A stretch of 64,000 nt of DNA, taken from NCBI GenBank assembly GCA_965277715.1, contig OZ255836.1, positions 1,248,001-1,312,000 on the forward strand, in the 5' to 3' direction. The DNA is from Gammaproteobacteria bacterium. Lineage in GTDB: Bacteria; Pseudomonadota; Gammaproteobacteria; JBCCGL01. The position numbers and the translations under genes are program-made. This document shows positions 40,579 to 50,467 of the stretch, piece by piece. The notes beneath the pieces were generated by a model that saw nothing but the letters and a program-made list of their open reading frames with translations, ran no database searches and had not been told where the DNA came from. Numbering within the stretch: the first letter of the stretch is position 1; every line of letters starts with the position of its first letter.

Positions 40579-41679
40579 ATGAAAAAACCCCGCGCCCGCG
40601 ATTTAGGCCTGACATTTCCAGGTACACCCGGCCTGTATAACGCGATTACCGATATACCCGGTGTCTGCGTTGGCATGTGCACCCGTATCGAAGGCAGTGG
40701 CGAATTGCAGACAGGCACTGGCCCGGTGCGCTCCGGGGTTACCGCTATTTTGCCGAGAGGCCACAGTGAACAGCCAAGCCCGGTGTGGGCGGGGATCTAT
40801 TCACTAAACGGCAACGGCGAAATGACCGGCTCACACTGGGTGCGTGACGGGGGGTATTTTCTCGGGCCGGTTTGCATTACTAACACGCACAGCGTGGGCA
40901 TTGTTCACCACGCAACAACACGCTGGATGATTCGTCACTACCACGCAGACTGGCACAGTGAGCATTTATGGGCCATGCCGGTTGTTGCAGAAACCTATGA
41001 CGGCGTGCTCAACGATATTAACGGCCAGCACATCACCGAGCAGGATGCGCTGGACGCCATCACCTCGGCCACGCCAGGTGCCGTGGCCGAGGGCAATGTA
41101 GGCGGTGGCACCGGGATGGTGTGTTATGAATTTAAAGGTGGCACCGGCACAGCGTCCAGGCAGATGGATATTGAAGGCGAGCGCTATACGCTGGGTACGC
41201 TGGTACAGGCGAACCACGGCATTCGCCCCTGGCTGACCGTGCTCGGGGTGCCCGTTGGCCAGCACCTCAACGATCACCGTTTATTAGAGGAGCGCGAGCG
41301 CGGCTCGATTATCGTGATAATTGGTACCGATGCACCGCTATTGCCCCACCAACTGGATCGTTTAGCGCGCAGAGCGGCGATTGGTATTGGCCGTGGTGGT
41401 ACACCGGGTGGGAATAATTCGGGGGATATTTTTCTCGCTTTTTCCACCGCAAATCAACACCCCCTGATGCAGCAGGCGAGCGCGAAATTGACCCTCGATT
41501 GTTTAAATGACTGCGTGCTGGATGATGTGTATTTAGCCGCGGTTGAGGCGGTCGAAGAAGCGGTTATAAATGCCATGATTGCCGCCGGGGATATGACGAC
41601 ATTGCGACCAGCGGGCAAGGTGTGTAAAGCCATCAATCACCAGCAATTAATGGCTGTTATGTCAGATTATCGGCCATGA
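40579..41679 (+). CDS. DmpA/P1 family aminopeptidase (self-processing)
   Basis: NAITDIPGV, NGNGEMTG, TNTHSVG, PVVAETYDG, EGNVGGGTGM, G|SII cleavage site, SGDIFLAFSTAN. Confidence 0.92.
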   Translation: MKKPRARDLGLTFPGTPGLYNAITDIPGVCVGMCTRIEGSGELQTGTGPVRSGVTAILPRGHSEQPSPVWAGIYSLNGNGEMTGSHWVRDGGYFLGPVCITNTHSVGIVHHATTRWMIRHYHADWHSEHLWAMPVVAETYDGVLNDINGQHITEQDALDAITSATPGAVAEGNVGGGTGMVCYEFKGGTGTASRQMDIEGERYTLGTLVQANHGIRPWLTVLGVPVGQHLNDHRLLEERERGSIIVIIGTDAPLLPHQLDRLARRAAIGIGRGGTPGGNNSGDIFLAFSTANQHPLMQQASAKLTLDCLNDCVLDDVYLAAVEAVEEAVINAMIAAGDMTTLRPAGKVCKAINHQQLMAVMSDYRP

Positions 41680-41965
41680 GTATTCAATTGCCGTCCCCGC
41701 GCACTGCGCCCTCAATTGGCATTGAATCGGCACTCCAACAACGGCAGAGCCAACGGGTGTATTCAGGCGCGCCGATGACCCTGAGCCAATTGGCGCAATT
41801 ACTCTGGTCGGCACAGGGCAAGCGGTCGGGCAATACTCAACCGCCATCGATATAGGCACGGTGTTGGTAGGGGGATTTGATAACCGTAAAATCAAAACAT
41901 TACTGGATTTACCGGAAACGTTGGAGCCGACGGCGTTGCTGTGTGTTGGTGGTATTAAAACCTGA
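41676..41965 (+). pseudogene. SagB/ThcOx-type nitroreductase with internal deletion and frameshift
   Basis: Frame A: MSIQLPSPR...ESALQQRQSQRVYSGAPMTLSQLAQLLWSAQG (stop 41855); frame B: AIDIGTVLVGGFDNRKIKTLLDLPETLEPTALLCVG (stop 41965); central part absent; ATG overlaps the DmpA stop. Confidence 0.8.
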
Positions 41966-41989
41966 CAATTCACTAAATCGGCTGCGTAA

Positions 41990-43216
41990 CTAATCGACTG
42001 GATATAAAATATTATTGTCATCCATATCAACCCAGGCAGTAAAACGCCCCGTCGCACGCAGCACTGTTTGATCACCCACAGCAACGATAAACAACACACC
42101 CAATGCCCGCTCAACGGCCCAGCGCATCCCCTCTTCCGGCCCCATAACCAATAATGCAGTCGCCATCGCATCTGCCCGCATGGCCGAATCATCCAACACC
42201 GTTACCGATAATAAATTGTGCGCCACGGGCCTGCCTGTCGACGGATTGATAGCGTGTGAGAAGCGCTGCCCGTTTTGCTCACGAAAATTGCGGTAGCTGC
42301 CAGAAGTGGCAACGGCCCCCTGTGCCAGCGGGAAAACCAGGGCAGCAGCCCGGCCATTGGCAAACGGTTTTTCGACCGCCAACCGCCACACCTGGCCACG
42401 CGCATTGACACCCCGAACGCGCACCTCACCGCCTATTTCAACCAGATAATTGACAATACCCATGCCGTCCAGCAATAGAGCCAACTGATCGACTGCATAC
42501 CCTTTAGCAATGGCGGATAAATCCAGATAGACACCGCTTAACGTCTTTTGTATAGCGGGTGCCGCGTGCAAGCGCACGTGCACCTCAGACATGCCCAGGC
42601 GCGCCTGAGCACGGGCTATTTGTTCAGCGTCGGGATGCTCAACAAAGCCATCGTCAGAGCCAAACCCCCATATATTGACCAACGGCCCAACGCTGATATC
42701 AAACGCACCAGCCGACTGCTGGTGGAGCAATTTTGCCACTGCGACCACTTCAGCCAGTTCATGCGATACCGGAAACCACTGTGCACTGTGCGATCGATTA
42801 AACCGGGATAACTCCGAATCGCTACGCCAGGTCGACATGCTGTTTTCAATGGCGAACAGTCGCTGGTCTATCTGCGTTTTAAGCGAACCAGGTGAAGGGA
42901 TACGTCCATATTCAGGCAATTTAATCGAGTAGCGGGTACCCATTGTGTTGCCACGCACTTCAAACACCTGTACAACGTTTTGCTCACTGGCACGCCAGAC
43001 GGCGAGTAGCCCGACAAACAGCAACAGCCCAAAAAAAGCCAGTAATTTTATACGCAGTAAAAACCACTGGCAGATCCAGTGGGTACATGTATATTTTCCC
43101 TGGAACTGCCGACCCGTTCGATGATCTATACCCAAAATGCCACTCATCCACCCTGTATATTTCAGTGCTAATGATGTTAATTTACGATAAGTTAATACAT
43201 AACCACATGAACACAT
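41990..43216 (-). CDS. apbE: FAD:protein FMN transferase (true start probably downstream of 43216)
   Basis: TMGT, SELSRFN, AFDISVGPLVNIWGFG, DLSAIAKGYAVD, EIGGE, ATSGSYRN, ADAMATAL. Confidence 0.93.
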   Translation of the reverse strand: MCSCGYVLTYRKLTSLALKYTGWMSGILGIDHRTGRQFQGKYTCTHWICQWFLLRIKLLAFFGLLLFVGLLAVWRASEQNVVQVFEVRGNTMGTRYSIKLPEYGRIPSPGSLKTQIDQRLFAIENSMSTWRSDSELSRFNRSHSAQWFPVSHELAEVVAVAKLLHQQSAGAFDISVGPLVNIWGFGSDDGFVEHPDAEQIARAQARLGMSEVHVRLHAAPAIQKTLSGVYLDLSAIAKGYAVDQLALLLDGMGIVNYLVEIGGEVRVRGVNARGQVWRLAVEKPFANGRAAALVFPLAQGAVATSGSYRNFREQNGQRFSHAINPSTGRPVAHNLLSVTVLDDSAMRADAMATALLVMGPEEGMRWAVERALGVLFIVAVGDQTVLRATGRFTAWVDMDDNNILYPVD

Positions 43217-43310
43217 TGATTGAGCCGATAGCTATTATATATAGTCGACAAACACGCAACGTCGACCCCATGCATTTTGGCAAAAAACCGGAGTATCGCT
43301 GCAATTTTTT

Positions 43311-44288
43311 ATGATTAACTGGATTTCAAAAAAAATCACTGCCTGGCTAGATAGCGAACCGGAAAACCATGCAGTACCGCCTTCAGATTATCAGCAACTT
43401 TGCTATGAAGTGCGGCCATGCGACGTGATTTTAGTCGAAGGCGGCTCCAGAGTCAGCGAGGTTATCAAATACGTGACACTCAGCTCGTGGACCCATGCCG
43501 CGCTGTATATCGGCCGTTTGCACGATATAGACGATACCGACCTGCGCGAAGAGATCCAGCAAAACTACCCCATAACCCCGGATGACCAACTACTCGTCGA
43601 GGCCATGTTGGGTATGGGCACGATCATCCGCCCGCTCAGCTACTACCGTGGAGATCATCTCCGCATTTGCCGCCCCAATAAACTGGCGCGCCAGGATGCA
43701 CAATGGGTCGTGCGCTATGCCGTCGAACGATTGGGCAAAGACTACGATGTTCGACAGATTTTTGACCTTCTGCGATTCTTTCTTCCGTATGGTTTACTGC
43801 CGAGAAAATGGCGTTCAACACTCTTTGAAAGCCACGCGGGCGAGCCGACAAAAACCGTGTGTTCCACCCTGATTGGCCGTGCTTTCGCCTCAGTGCACTA
43901 CCCCATCCTGCCCTCACTGTCGCAAAATGAAAAGGGCCAACTGCAGCTAGTACGGCGCAATTCCAAATTACTCACCCCCAAAGACTTTGACTACTCGCCC
44001 TACTTCGATTTAATCAAATACCCCATATTGAATTTTGATGAAATAAGCATCTACCGCAAACTGCCGTGGAGCGAAGACAGCGTCATCTTCAGCGCCGACA
44101 GCGACTACCTGCGTCTCCATATAGGCGACGCGGTGAATATTGACGCAAACCAGACAGAGAAAAATTTGCCACAGCTACCCTCTACGCAGAAAACCGAAGA
44201 CCCCGATAATTGCAGCGCAGACAACAAACCCATCGCCGAACAGGAAGAACTCACCGCTGACGAGGATGAACGCAATATAAATACCTAA
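43311..44288 (+). CDS. YiiX/YebB-like permuted NlpC/P60 cysteine hydrolase
   Basis: PCDVILVEG, SSWTHAALYIG (His), LGKDYD, VCSTLIGRAF (Cys), TPKDFDYSPYF. Confidence 0.82.
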   Translation: MINWISKKITAWLDSEPENHAVPPSDYQQLCYEVRPCDVILVEGGSRVSEVIKYVTLSSWTHAALYIGRLHDIDDTDLREEIQQNYPITPDDQLLVEAMLGMGTIIRPLSYYRGDHLRICRPNKLARQDAQWVVRYAVERLGKDYDVRQIFDLLRFFLPYGLLPRKWRSTLFESHAGEPTKTVCSTLIGRAFASVHYPILPSLSQNEKGQLQLVRRNSKLLTPKDFDYSPYFDLIKYPILNFDEISIYRKLPWSEDSVIFSADSDYLRLHIGDAVNIDANQTEKNLPQLPSTQKTEDPDNCSADNKPIAEQEELTADEDERNINT

Positions 44289-44359
44289 ACTAAAACGAAC
44301 ACCCCACCAAAACGCGACTGGGATTTCCACTCTTTAAGAAAGGTAAGATAGGCAAACCT

Positions 44360-45727
44360 CTAATTCAATACTACCTCCGCCGTCAAATCCAATGCCTTGC
44401 GCGCACGTGCAATCAATTCGTCAATTTCGGCAGTACGCATTACCAGTGGCGGCGAAATAATCATGCTATCACCCACTGAGCGCATGATTAAACCCTGATC
44501 AATACAGTGGTTTCTGCACAAAACACCCAATGCGCCCTCTTCTTCCAACCCCTTTTTACTGACTTTATCAACAACCAGTTCTAAGGCCCCCAAAAAACCC
44601 GTACCGCGCACTTCACCCACTAACGGGTGCTCAGCCAGCTCACGCCAGCGCGATTGCAAATAGGGACCGGTGGTATTTCGTACTGTCTCGACGATGTTTT
44701 CTTCACGCAAAATACGGATATTTTCAATCGCAACTGCACAGGCAGCCGGGTGTCCAGAATAGGTATAACCGTGTTCAAACTCACTGCCACTATCGACGAA
44801 TACCTGTGCCACCCGATCACTGACCATCACCCCGCCTATCGGCAGATACCCGGAGGAAAGCCCTTTGGCAATGGGCATAAAATCTGCCTCAAGGTGGTAT
44901 AAATCACTGCCAAACCATTTACCTGTGCGCCCAAAGCCACAGATAACTTCATCCGCTATTAAGCAGATGTCGTACTGTTTACAGATTCTGGATATTTCTG
45001 GCCAGTAGCTGTCGGGTGGGACGATAACACCACCCGCCCCCTGAATCGGCTCGGCGATAAATGCAGCGACGTTATCTACACCCAGCGCAAGGATTTTTTC
45101 TTCCAGCTCACGCGCCACGGCCACACCAAATTCACCAGGGCTCAGGCCACCTTCATACCGGTACCAGTAGGGTTGGCCGACATGCGCAATACCGGGAATC
45201 GGCAGCCCACCTTGCGCATGCATCGCTTTCATGCCGCCAAGACTTGCGCCGGCCATGGTACTGCCGTGGTATGCATTCCAACGGCTAATAATGGTTTGTT
45301 TATTGGGTTTATCCTGTAACGCCCAAAACTGACGCACCATGCGCACGATGGTGTCGTTGGATTCAGAACCGGAGCCGGTGAAGAAGACGTGGTTAAATTG
45401 CTCAGGGGTTATTTCGCTAAGCACCGAAGATAATTCAATAGCGGGCGCATGGGAGGTTTTAAAGAAGCTGTTGTAATAAGGTAACTCAAGCATCTGCCGG
45501 TGTGCGGCATCGGCCAGTTCCCTGCGGCCATAGCCGATATTAACGCACCAGAGCCCTGCCATCGCATCGAGAATCTGCCTGCCGTCGATATCCCATAGCC
45601 ATACGCCATCGGCTTTTTGCATGACCAGGCTGCCGTTCTGCTTCATCTCCTGGTAATTACTGAATGGGTGGAGGTAGTGTTCGGCATCAAGCTTTTTTAA
45701 ATCGGCGGCGGATCGTGTCGTGGTCAT
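44360..45727 (-). CDS. spuC: Putrescine-pyruvate-type aminotransferase (SpuC-like)
   Basis: DAMAGLWCVNIGYGR, LPYYNSFF, AYHGSTMAGASLGGM, AEPIQGAGG, AKGLSSGYLP. Confidence 0.85.
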   Translation of the reverse strand: MTTTRSAADLKKLDAEHYLHPFSNYQEMKQNGSLVMQKADGVWLWDIDGRQILDAMAGLWCVNIGYGRRELADAAHRQMLELPYYNSFFKTSHAPAIELSSVLSEITPEQFNHVFFTGSGSESNDTIVRMVRQFWALQDKPNKQTIISRWNAYHGSTMAGASLGGMKAMHAQGGLPIPGIAHVGQPYWYRYEGGLSPGEFGVAVARELEEKILALGVDNVAAFIAEPIQGAGGVIVPPDSYWPEISRICKQYDICLIADEVICGFGRTGKWFGSDLYHLEADFMPIAKGLSSGYLPIGGVMVSDRVAQVFVDSGSEFEHGYTYSGHPAACAVAIENIRILREENIVETVRNTTGPYLQSRWRELAEHPLVGEVRGTGFLGALELVVDKVSKKGLEEEGALGVLCRNHCIDQGLIMRSVGDSMIISPPLVMRTAEIDELIARARKALDLTAEVVLN

Positions 45728-45802
45728 AAACTCACCCGGAGTTGATTGGGTAATAGGGAGAACATAGATCTTGTATGTACAGCGTGTTAGTAGGTTATAT
45801 GG

Positions 45803-47143
45803 TTATACATTGAGTAGCAGGTGCTCGCGCTCCCAGGAGCTGATAACCTGAAAAAAAGTATCGTATTCAAGCTGTTTGACATCGGTGTAAACCGCCACAA
45901 AGCGCTCACCCAATATTTCCTTTAGCGGTGCGCAATCCCCCAGCAGTCGCAATGCTTCCTCCAGAGTGCGGGGCAAGCCATAGGACAGGTCGTAGGCACT
46001 GTCTAGCAACGGTTCCCGTGGGCTTAGTTTATCGCGGATACCGAGGTAACCACAGGCCAGTGAAGCTGCGAATGCCAGGTAGGGGTTGGCATCAGCGCCA
46101 GCGATGCGGTTTTCCACACGGGTATTTTCGGGGTCTGACAACGGTACGCGCAAACCAACCGTGCGGTTATCGTATCCCCATTCGGTGTTGATAGGTGCCG
46201 ATTCAAAACGGGCGAAGCGACGATAGGAATTGACGTTCGGCGCCAAAAGCGCCATAGCTGGCGCCAGGTAAGTTTGCTGCCCGGCAACAAATTGATAAAA
46301 CAATTCGCTGGGTTTATCCCCATCGGTAAAAATATTCTTACCGGTTTCACACGACACCAAGCTCTGGTGTACGTGCATGGAGCTACCTGGCTCACCGGCC
46401 AGTGGTTTGGCCATAAAGGTTGCACAAATACCGTGCCTTAACGCCGCTTCACGCACTGTGCGCTTAAACATAAACACCTGATCGGCAAGATCCAATACAT
46501 CACCGTGCAGGAAGTTGATTTCCAACTGCGCGATGCCCGATTCGTGAATCAGGGTGTCAACATCCAGTTCCTGTGCATCACAGTAATCGTAAACATCATC
46601 AAGGATAGGGTCGAACTGGTTGACGCCGTCGATACTGTAAGCCTGTGCACTGAGTGTGCGTCCGTAACGACCAGCGGGCGGCTCCAGTGGTAAATCGGGA
46701 TTCGGATTGTTTTTAGTGAAGTAGAACTCAAGCTCAGGGGCGAGAATCGGCTTCCAGCCCTGCCGCTGGTAGAGCGACAATACATGCTTTAACAAGCTGC
46801 GGGGAGCCAAATCGACAGGCTTACCGTCACGGTAGTAACAATCGTGGATAATCTGTGCTGTCGGCTCTTCGAGCCAGGGTAGTCTGCGGATGGTTTTTTC
46901 ATCCGGCTTACCGATCATATCGATTTCGATGGGGTTAACCACTCCCGACCCCTCAGTCCAGGCACCGGTGACTGTCTGGGTAAAAATCCCCTCGGGAATA
47001 CGCATGCCGTACTCTTTGCAGTACTTTGCCGCCGGGACAATTTTACCGCGTGCATTGCCCGTGATATCCGGCACTAAGCATTCCACTTCGCTTATATTAT
47101 TTGATTCAATCCATTGTTTGATATATTCATTGATCGCTGACAT
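45803..47143 (-). CDS. Glutamine synthetase-like gamma-glutamylpolyamine synthetase (SpuB-like)
   Basis: ARGKI, APELEFY, DTLIHESGIAQLEINF, TFMAKP, PGSSMHVHQS, RVENR, ISSWEREHLLLNV. Confidence 0.88.
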   Translation of the reverse strand: MSAINEYIKQWIESNNISEVECLVPDITGNARGKIVPAAKYCKEYGMRIPEGIFTQTVTGAWTEGSGVVNPIEIDMIGKPDEKTIRRLPWLEEPTAQIIHDCYYRDGKPVDLAPRSLLKHVLSLYQRQGWKPILAPELEFYFTKNNPNPDLPLEPPAGRYGRTLSAQAYSIDGVNQFDPILDDVYDYCDAQELDVDTLIHESGIAQLEINFLHGDVLDLADQVFMFKRTVREAALRHGICATFMAKPLAGEPGSSMHVHQSLVSCETGKNIFTDGDKPSELFYQFVAGQQTYLAPAMALLAPNVNSYRRFARFESAPINTEWGYDNRTVGLRVPLSDPENTRVENRIAGADANPYLAFAASLACGYLGIRDKLSPREPLLDSAYDLSYGLPRTLEEALRLLGDCAPLKEILGERFVAVYTDVKQLEYDTFFQVISSWEREHLLLNV

Positions 47144-47308
47144 CAGAGAAGCACTTCATCCGGGACAATACGCGGGCAATCCTAAACCTCACTTAAAATA
47201 GCGTCAAGTATTTTAAACACTCAGTGGATATGCGTTTGGGTTTTATGCCAAAACTCACCCTTTCAGTGATATAAATTGTCAAAACCGCATTTGATTATTT
47301 ATCACCAC

Positions 47309-47328
47309 GTGTTCATAATATTGAACAC
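47309..47328. promoter_or_regulatory. Palindromic operator, probably for PuuR/PauR
   Basis: GTGTTCA-TAATAT-TGAACAC between the divergent glutamylation genes; degenerate copy GCGTCAAGTATTTTAAACAC at 47201-47220. Confidence 0.65.
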
Positions 47329-47349
47329 TTTTGATTGCATAAAATTGAC

Positions 47350-48675
47350 ATGAGCACACATTTGCCCACCGCCGCCACGTATTCGACTATCGATTTACTT
47401 ATTTCAGACCAGCTTGGCGTATTTCGTGGCAAGCGTATCGACGCCGATGCCCTGCAAAAGACACTCGATAACGGTATGTATTTACCTGCTTCAGTCTTTG
47501 CATTGGATATCAATGGCGACACTGTGGAGGCGACAGGGCTTGGGTATGCACACGGCGACAGTGACCGTCTATGCCTCGCTGTTAATCAAACAGTAAACCC
47601 TACACCCTGGGTGAAAGAGCGTGGACAACTGCTTATGTCGATGCACGAGCACGACCACTCACCCTTCTTTGCCGATCCACGTCAGGTGCTAACCAGGTTA
47701 GCCGAACAATTCACCCATACTACGGGCCTAACGCCAGTAGTCGCCGTAGAGCTTGAGTTTTATTTGCTCGATCAGCAACGCCAGACACCTGATAGCGTTT
47801 GCCCTCCCATAGCACCCGGCACTGGCCAGCGCGATGAGGCAACACAGGTGTATTCACTTGAAGCTATCGATAACTACAGTCACTTTTTGCAGGATGTGCG
47901 CAGTGCCTGCAGGGCTCAGGGGATTCCCGCCAGTAGCGCCGTGGCAGAGTGCGCCCCGGCACAGTTTGAAGTCAATCTAAACCACCAGGCCAACCTGCCA
48001 GTCGCCTGCGATAATGCTTTGTTGTTGAAGCGTACTATCCGGGCAATCGCTCACCAGCACGGATTTATTGCCACATTTATGGCCAAACCGTATATCGACC
48101 AACCCGGCAATGGTATGCACATTCACATCAGCCTTGTCGATGATGACGGCAACAATGTGTTTGGCGATGAAAAAACTCTGCACAATGCAGTTGCTGGCCT
48201 GCTCGATACAATGCGGGAATCCACCTTGTTGTTTGCACCGACAATCAACGCTTACCGACGGCTGCAACCCTTTATGTACGCACCGACAGCACCCTGCTGG
48301 GGCTATGACAACCGTTCGACGGCGATTCGCATCCCTTCCAGCGACGCGGCATCCCTGCGCATCGAACACCGTGTTGCCGGTGCCGATGCAAACCCGTATT
48401 TACTGGTCAGTGCACTACTGGCAGGTATTCAGCATGGGCTAGACAAGGGCTTGACACCACCACCATCTGTTACTGGAAACGCCTATGAGCAACACCCGCA
48501 CCAATGGCCAGAAACACTGGAATCGGCAATTGATGTGTTCCGACAAAGCGATGTGATTGCCCCCTCTCTCGGCAATAATTTCAGTAAGGTGTATACCTGT
48601 TGTCGACAGGCAGACGCAGCGGCGTTTAGACAGCGCCTGACGAGGGCAGAGTTTGATTGGTATTTATCGATTTAA
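47350..48675 (+). CDS. Glutamine synthetase-like gamma-glutamylputrescine synthetase (PuuA/PauA-like)
   Basis: FRGKR, VAVELEFYL, AECAPAQFEVNL, ATFMAKP, GNGMHIHISL, RIEHRVAGADANPYL. Confidence 0.88.
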   Translation: MSTHLPTAATYSTIDLLISDQLGVFRGKRIDADALQKTLDNGMYLPASVFALDINGDTVEATGLGYAHGDSDRLCLAVNQTVNPTPWVKERGQLLMSMHEHDHSPFFADPRQVLTRLAEQFTHTTGLTPVVAVELEFYLLDQQRQTPDSVCPPIAPGTGQRDEATQVYSLEAIDNYSHFLQDVRSACRAQGIPASSAVAECAPAQFEVNLNHQANLPVACDNALLLKRTIRAIAHQHGFIATFMAKPYIDQPGNGMHIHISLVDDDGNNVFGDEKTLHNAVAGLLDTMRESTLLFAPTINAYRRLQPFMYAPTAPCWGYDNRSTAIRIPSSDAASLRIEHRVAGADANPYLLVSALLAGIQHGLDKGLTPPPSVTGNAYEQHPHQWPETLESAIDVFRQSDVIAPSLGNNFSKVYTCCRQADAAAFRQRLTRAEFDWYLSI

Positions 48676-48703
48676 TATAGTTGCATAACGACAACAACCG
48701 TGC

Positions 48704-48737
48704 CGGTTTTCCCTGTGACTGCAATAGGGAAGCCGCG
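48704..48737. terminator. Hairpin between the convergent puuA-like and puuR genes
   Basis: CGGTTTTCCCT...AGGGAAGCCG stem followed closely by a T-run. Confidence 0.45.
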
Positions 48738-48846
48738 TTTTTATCGAAGGAAATTAACTCATCTGGCCTATTCACCTCAAAGTCAATTACCGCCCACGGT
48801 AGTAAGTAAAATACTACTTACCTTCAAGCCGGGAAACGTATTTTAT

Positions 48847-49398
48847 TCAATAAGTCGGCGGTGTACCTGCACTGACCACAACACACGGCACGTCCCCCAC
48901 ATTGCGCATACGGTGTGGCACACTGGTATCAAAATAATAGGCATCACCCGGCCCAAGCGTCTCGACAAGGTCACCCACTGTGATTTCAATCACACCGCTT
49001 ATCACAACGCCCGCCTCCTCGCCTACATGGTAAATCATATCCTCCCCTGTATCGGCACCGACCGCGTAGTGCTCGTGCAACATGCATAAGGAACGGTTTC
49101 TGTATTTGGCGCCAACCAAAAAATAGGCGATGTCTTTGGCGCCTACATCCGGTAACTCCGCCTGTGAATAGAACAGTTGTGGGCGTGGTGTTGGTTCTTC
49201 TGGTGTAAAAAACTCACTCATCGATACCGGAAAACCATCGAGCACCTTCCTCAATGAGGCGATAGTCGGACTGGTTTTATTGGTTTCGATCAGCGACACC
49301 AAACTGTTGGTGACACCCGCTCTCTTTGCCAACTCACGCTGGGACAACGAATGCCGTTCCCGCATTTGTTTTAATCGTGCGCCCACATCCTGGATCAC
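48847..49398 (-). CDS. puuR: XRE-HTH plus cupin regulator (PuuR/PauR-like)
   Basis: LSQRELAKRAGVTNSLVSLIE..SPTIASL, GADTG, HVGEEAG, GDAYYF, TPPTY. Confidence 0.85.
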   Translation of the reverse strand: MIQDVGARLKQMRERHSLSQRELAKRAGVTNSLVSLIETNKTSPTIASLRKVLDGFPVSMSEFFTPEEPTPRPQLFYSQAELPDVGAKDIAYFLVGAKYRNRSLCMLHEHYAVGADTGEDMIYHVGEEAGVVISGVIEITVGDLVETLGPGDAYYFDTSVPHRMRNVGDVPCVVVSAGTPPTY

Positions 49399-49601
49399 CC
49401 TAAAAACCTCAATTGAAATCGACCTTGCATAGATAACTCAACCCCGTTCTGCCATTTGCCCAATTAGTGCTATGCACCCAATGGTAGAGAATAAAATCTT
49501 GTGATATTTCATTTTGTTAACCCAAAATACTAAACTAATTGTGCGCATTACACTCTATAATTGGCTACTTTTTTCGTGCCGAATCCGTGGGAATTTATAC
49601 T

Positions 49602-50462
49602 GTGTTAAACAATCAAACACGCTATATACCAAGAGTGCTGTTAGTGGTCGTGTTGCTAGTATCAAGTGGTTGCGCGGTATTGGAAATCACGGATACGCTA
49701 CCCCGCGCCATTCTCAACCAGGACGACCCACAGGTTATTCGCGATGGCGCCCCCACCTTTCTAATCATCATGGACGCACTGGTTGAGGCCGACTCTGAAG
49801 ACAGCGACTACCTGATGTTGGCCTCGCAATTATACGGTACTTACGCCAGCGCCTTTGCGGGTGAAGATGAGGTACGCAGCAAAAAACTGGCACAACGCGC
49901 TTTTGACTATGGCCGCAGAAGCCTGTGCCTCGAACTGGCACAACTCTGTGCAAATATTGATGGTTCATTTGACGATTTCAACAACGCACTACCCCGCACC
50001 AGCGATGAAGAAGAGTTAAACCAGTTATTTGGGTTTAGCCGTGCCTGGGCGACCTGGTTACAGGCCAATTCGAGCGATTGGTCAGCCATTGCACAACTAC
50101 CAAAAATCAAAGCATTGATTCAATACATTCTGCGTATCGATGAGGGTCACGGCCAAGGTGCAGCACACCTCTATATGGGTGTACTGGAATCCCAGCTACC
50201 GCCTGCCCTCGGTGGCAAACCTGAGCTGGCGCGCATGCACTTTGAGCGCGCTATCGCATTGTCCGGGCAGCGCAATTTGTTTGCCAAGGTGCTATTTGCC
50301 GAGAGTTATGCCCGCCTGATATACGAACGGGAACTCCATGATCGATTGCTAAATGAAGTGATCGTGGCCAACCCATATACGGATAAACTGACGCTAATCA
50401 ATACGCTCGCTCAGGAGCGTGCGCACAAACTGCTTGCAGAATCAGAGGCCTATTTCGAGTAA
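49602..50462 (+). CDS. TRAP transporter TatT component (lipoprotein)
   Basis: Lipobox-like VSSGC, ILNQDDPQVIRDGAP, PPALGGKPE..R.HFERA, TLINTLAQ; directly upstream of dctPQM; start uncertain. Confidence 0.85.
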   Translation: MLNNQTRYIPRVLLVVVLLVSSGCAVLEITDTLPRAILNQDDPQVIRDGAPTFLIIMDALVEADSEDSDYLMLASQLYGTYASAFAGEDEVRSKKLAQRAFDYGRRSLCLELAQLCANIDGSFDDFNNALPRTSDEEELNQLFGFSRAWATWLQANSSDWSAIAQLPKIKALIQYILRIDEGHGQGAAHLYMGVLESQLPPALGGKPELARMHFERAIALSGQRNLFAKVLFAESYARLIYERELHDRLLNEVIVANPYTDKLTLINTLAQERAHKLLAESEAYFE

Positions 50463-50467
50463 CCCCT

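Noticed and set aside
41662-42192. 176-aa minus-strand ORF
   Set aside because: It overlaps apbE in another frame and is antisense to the SagB pseudogene, which explains the region better.
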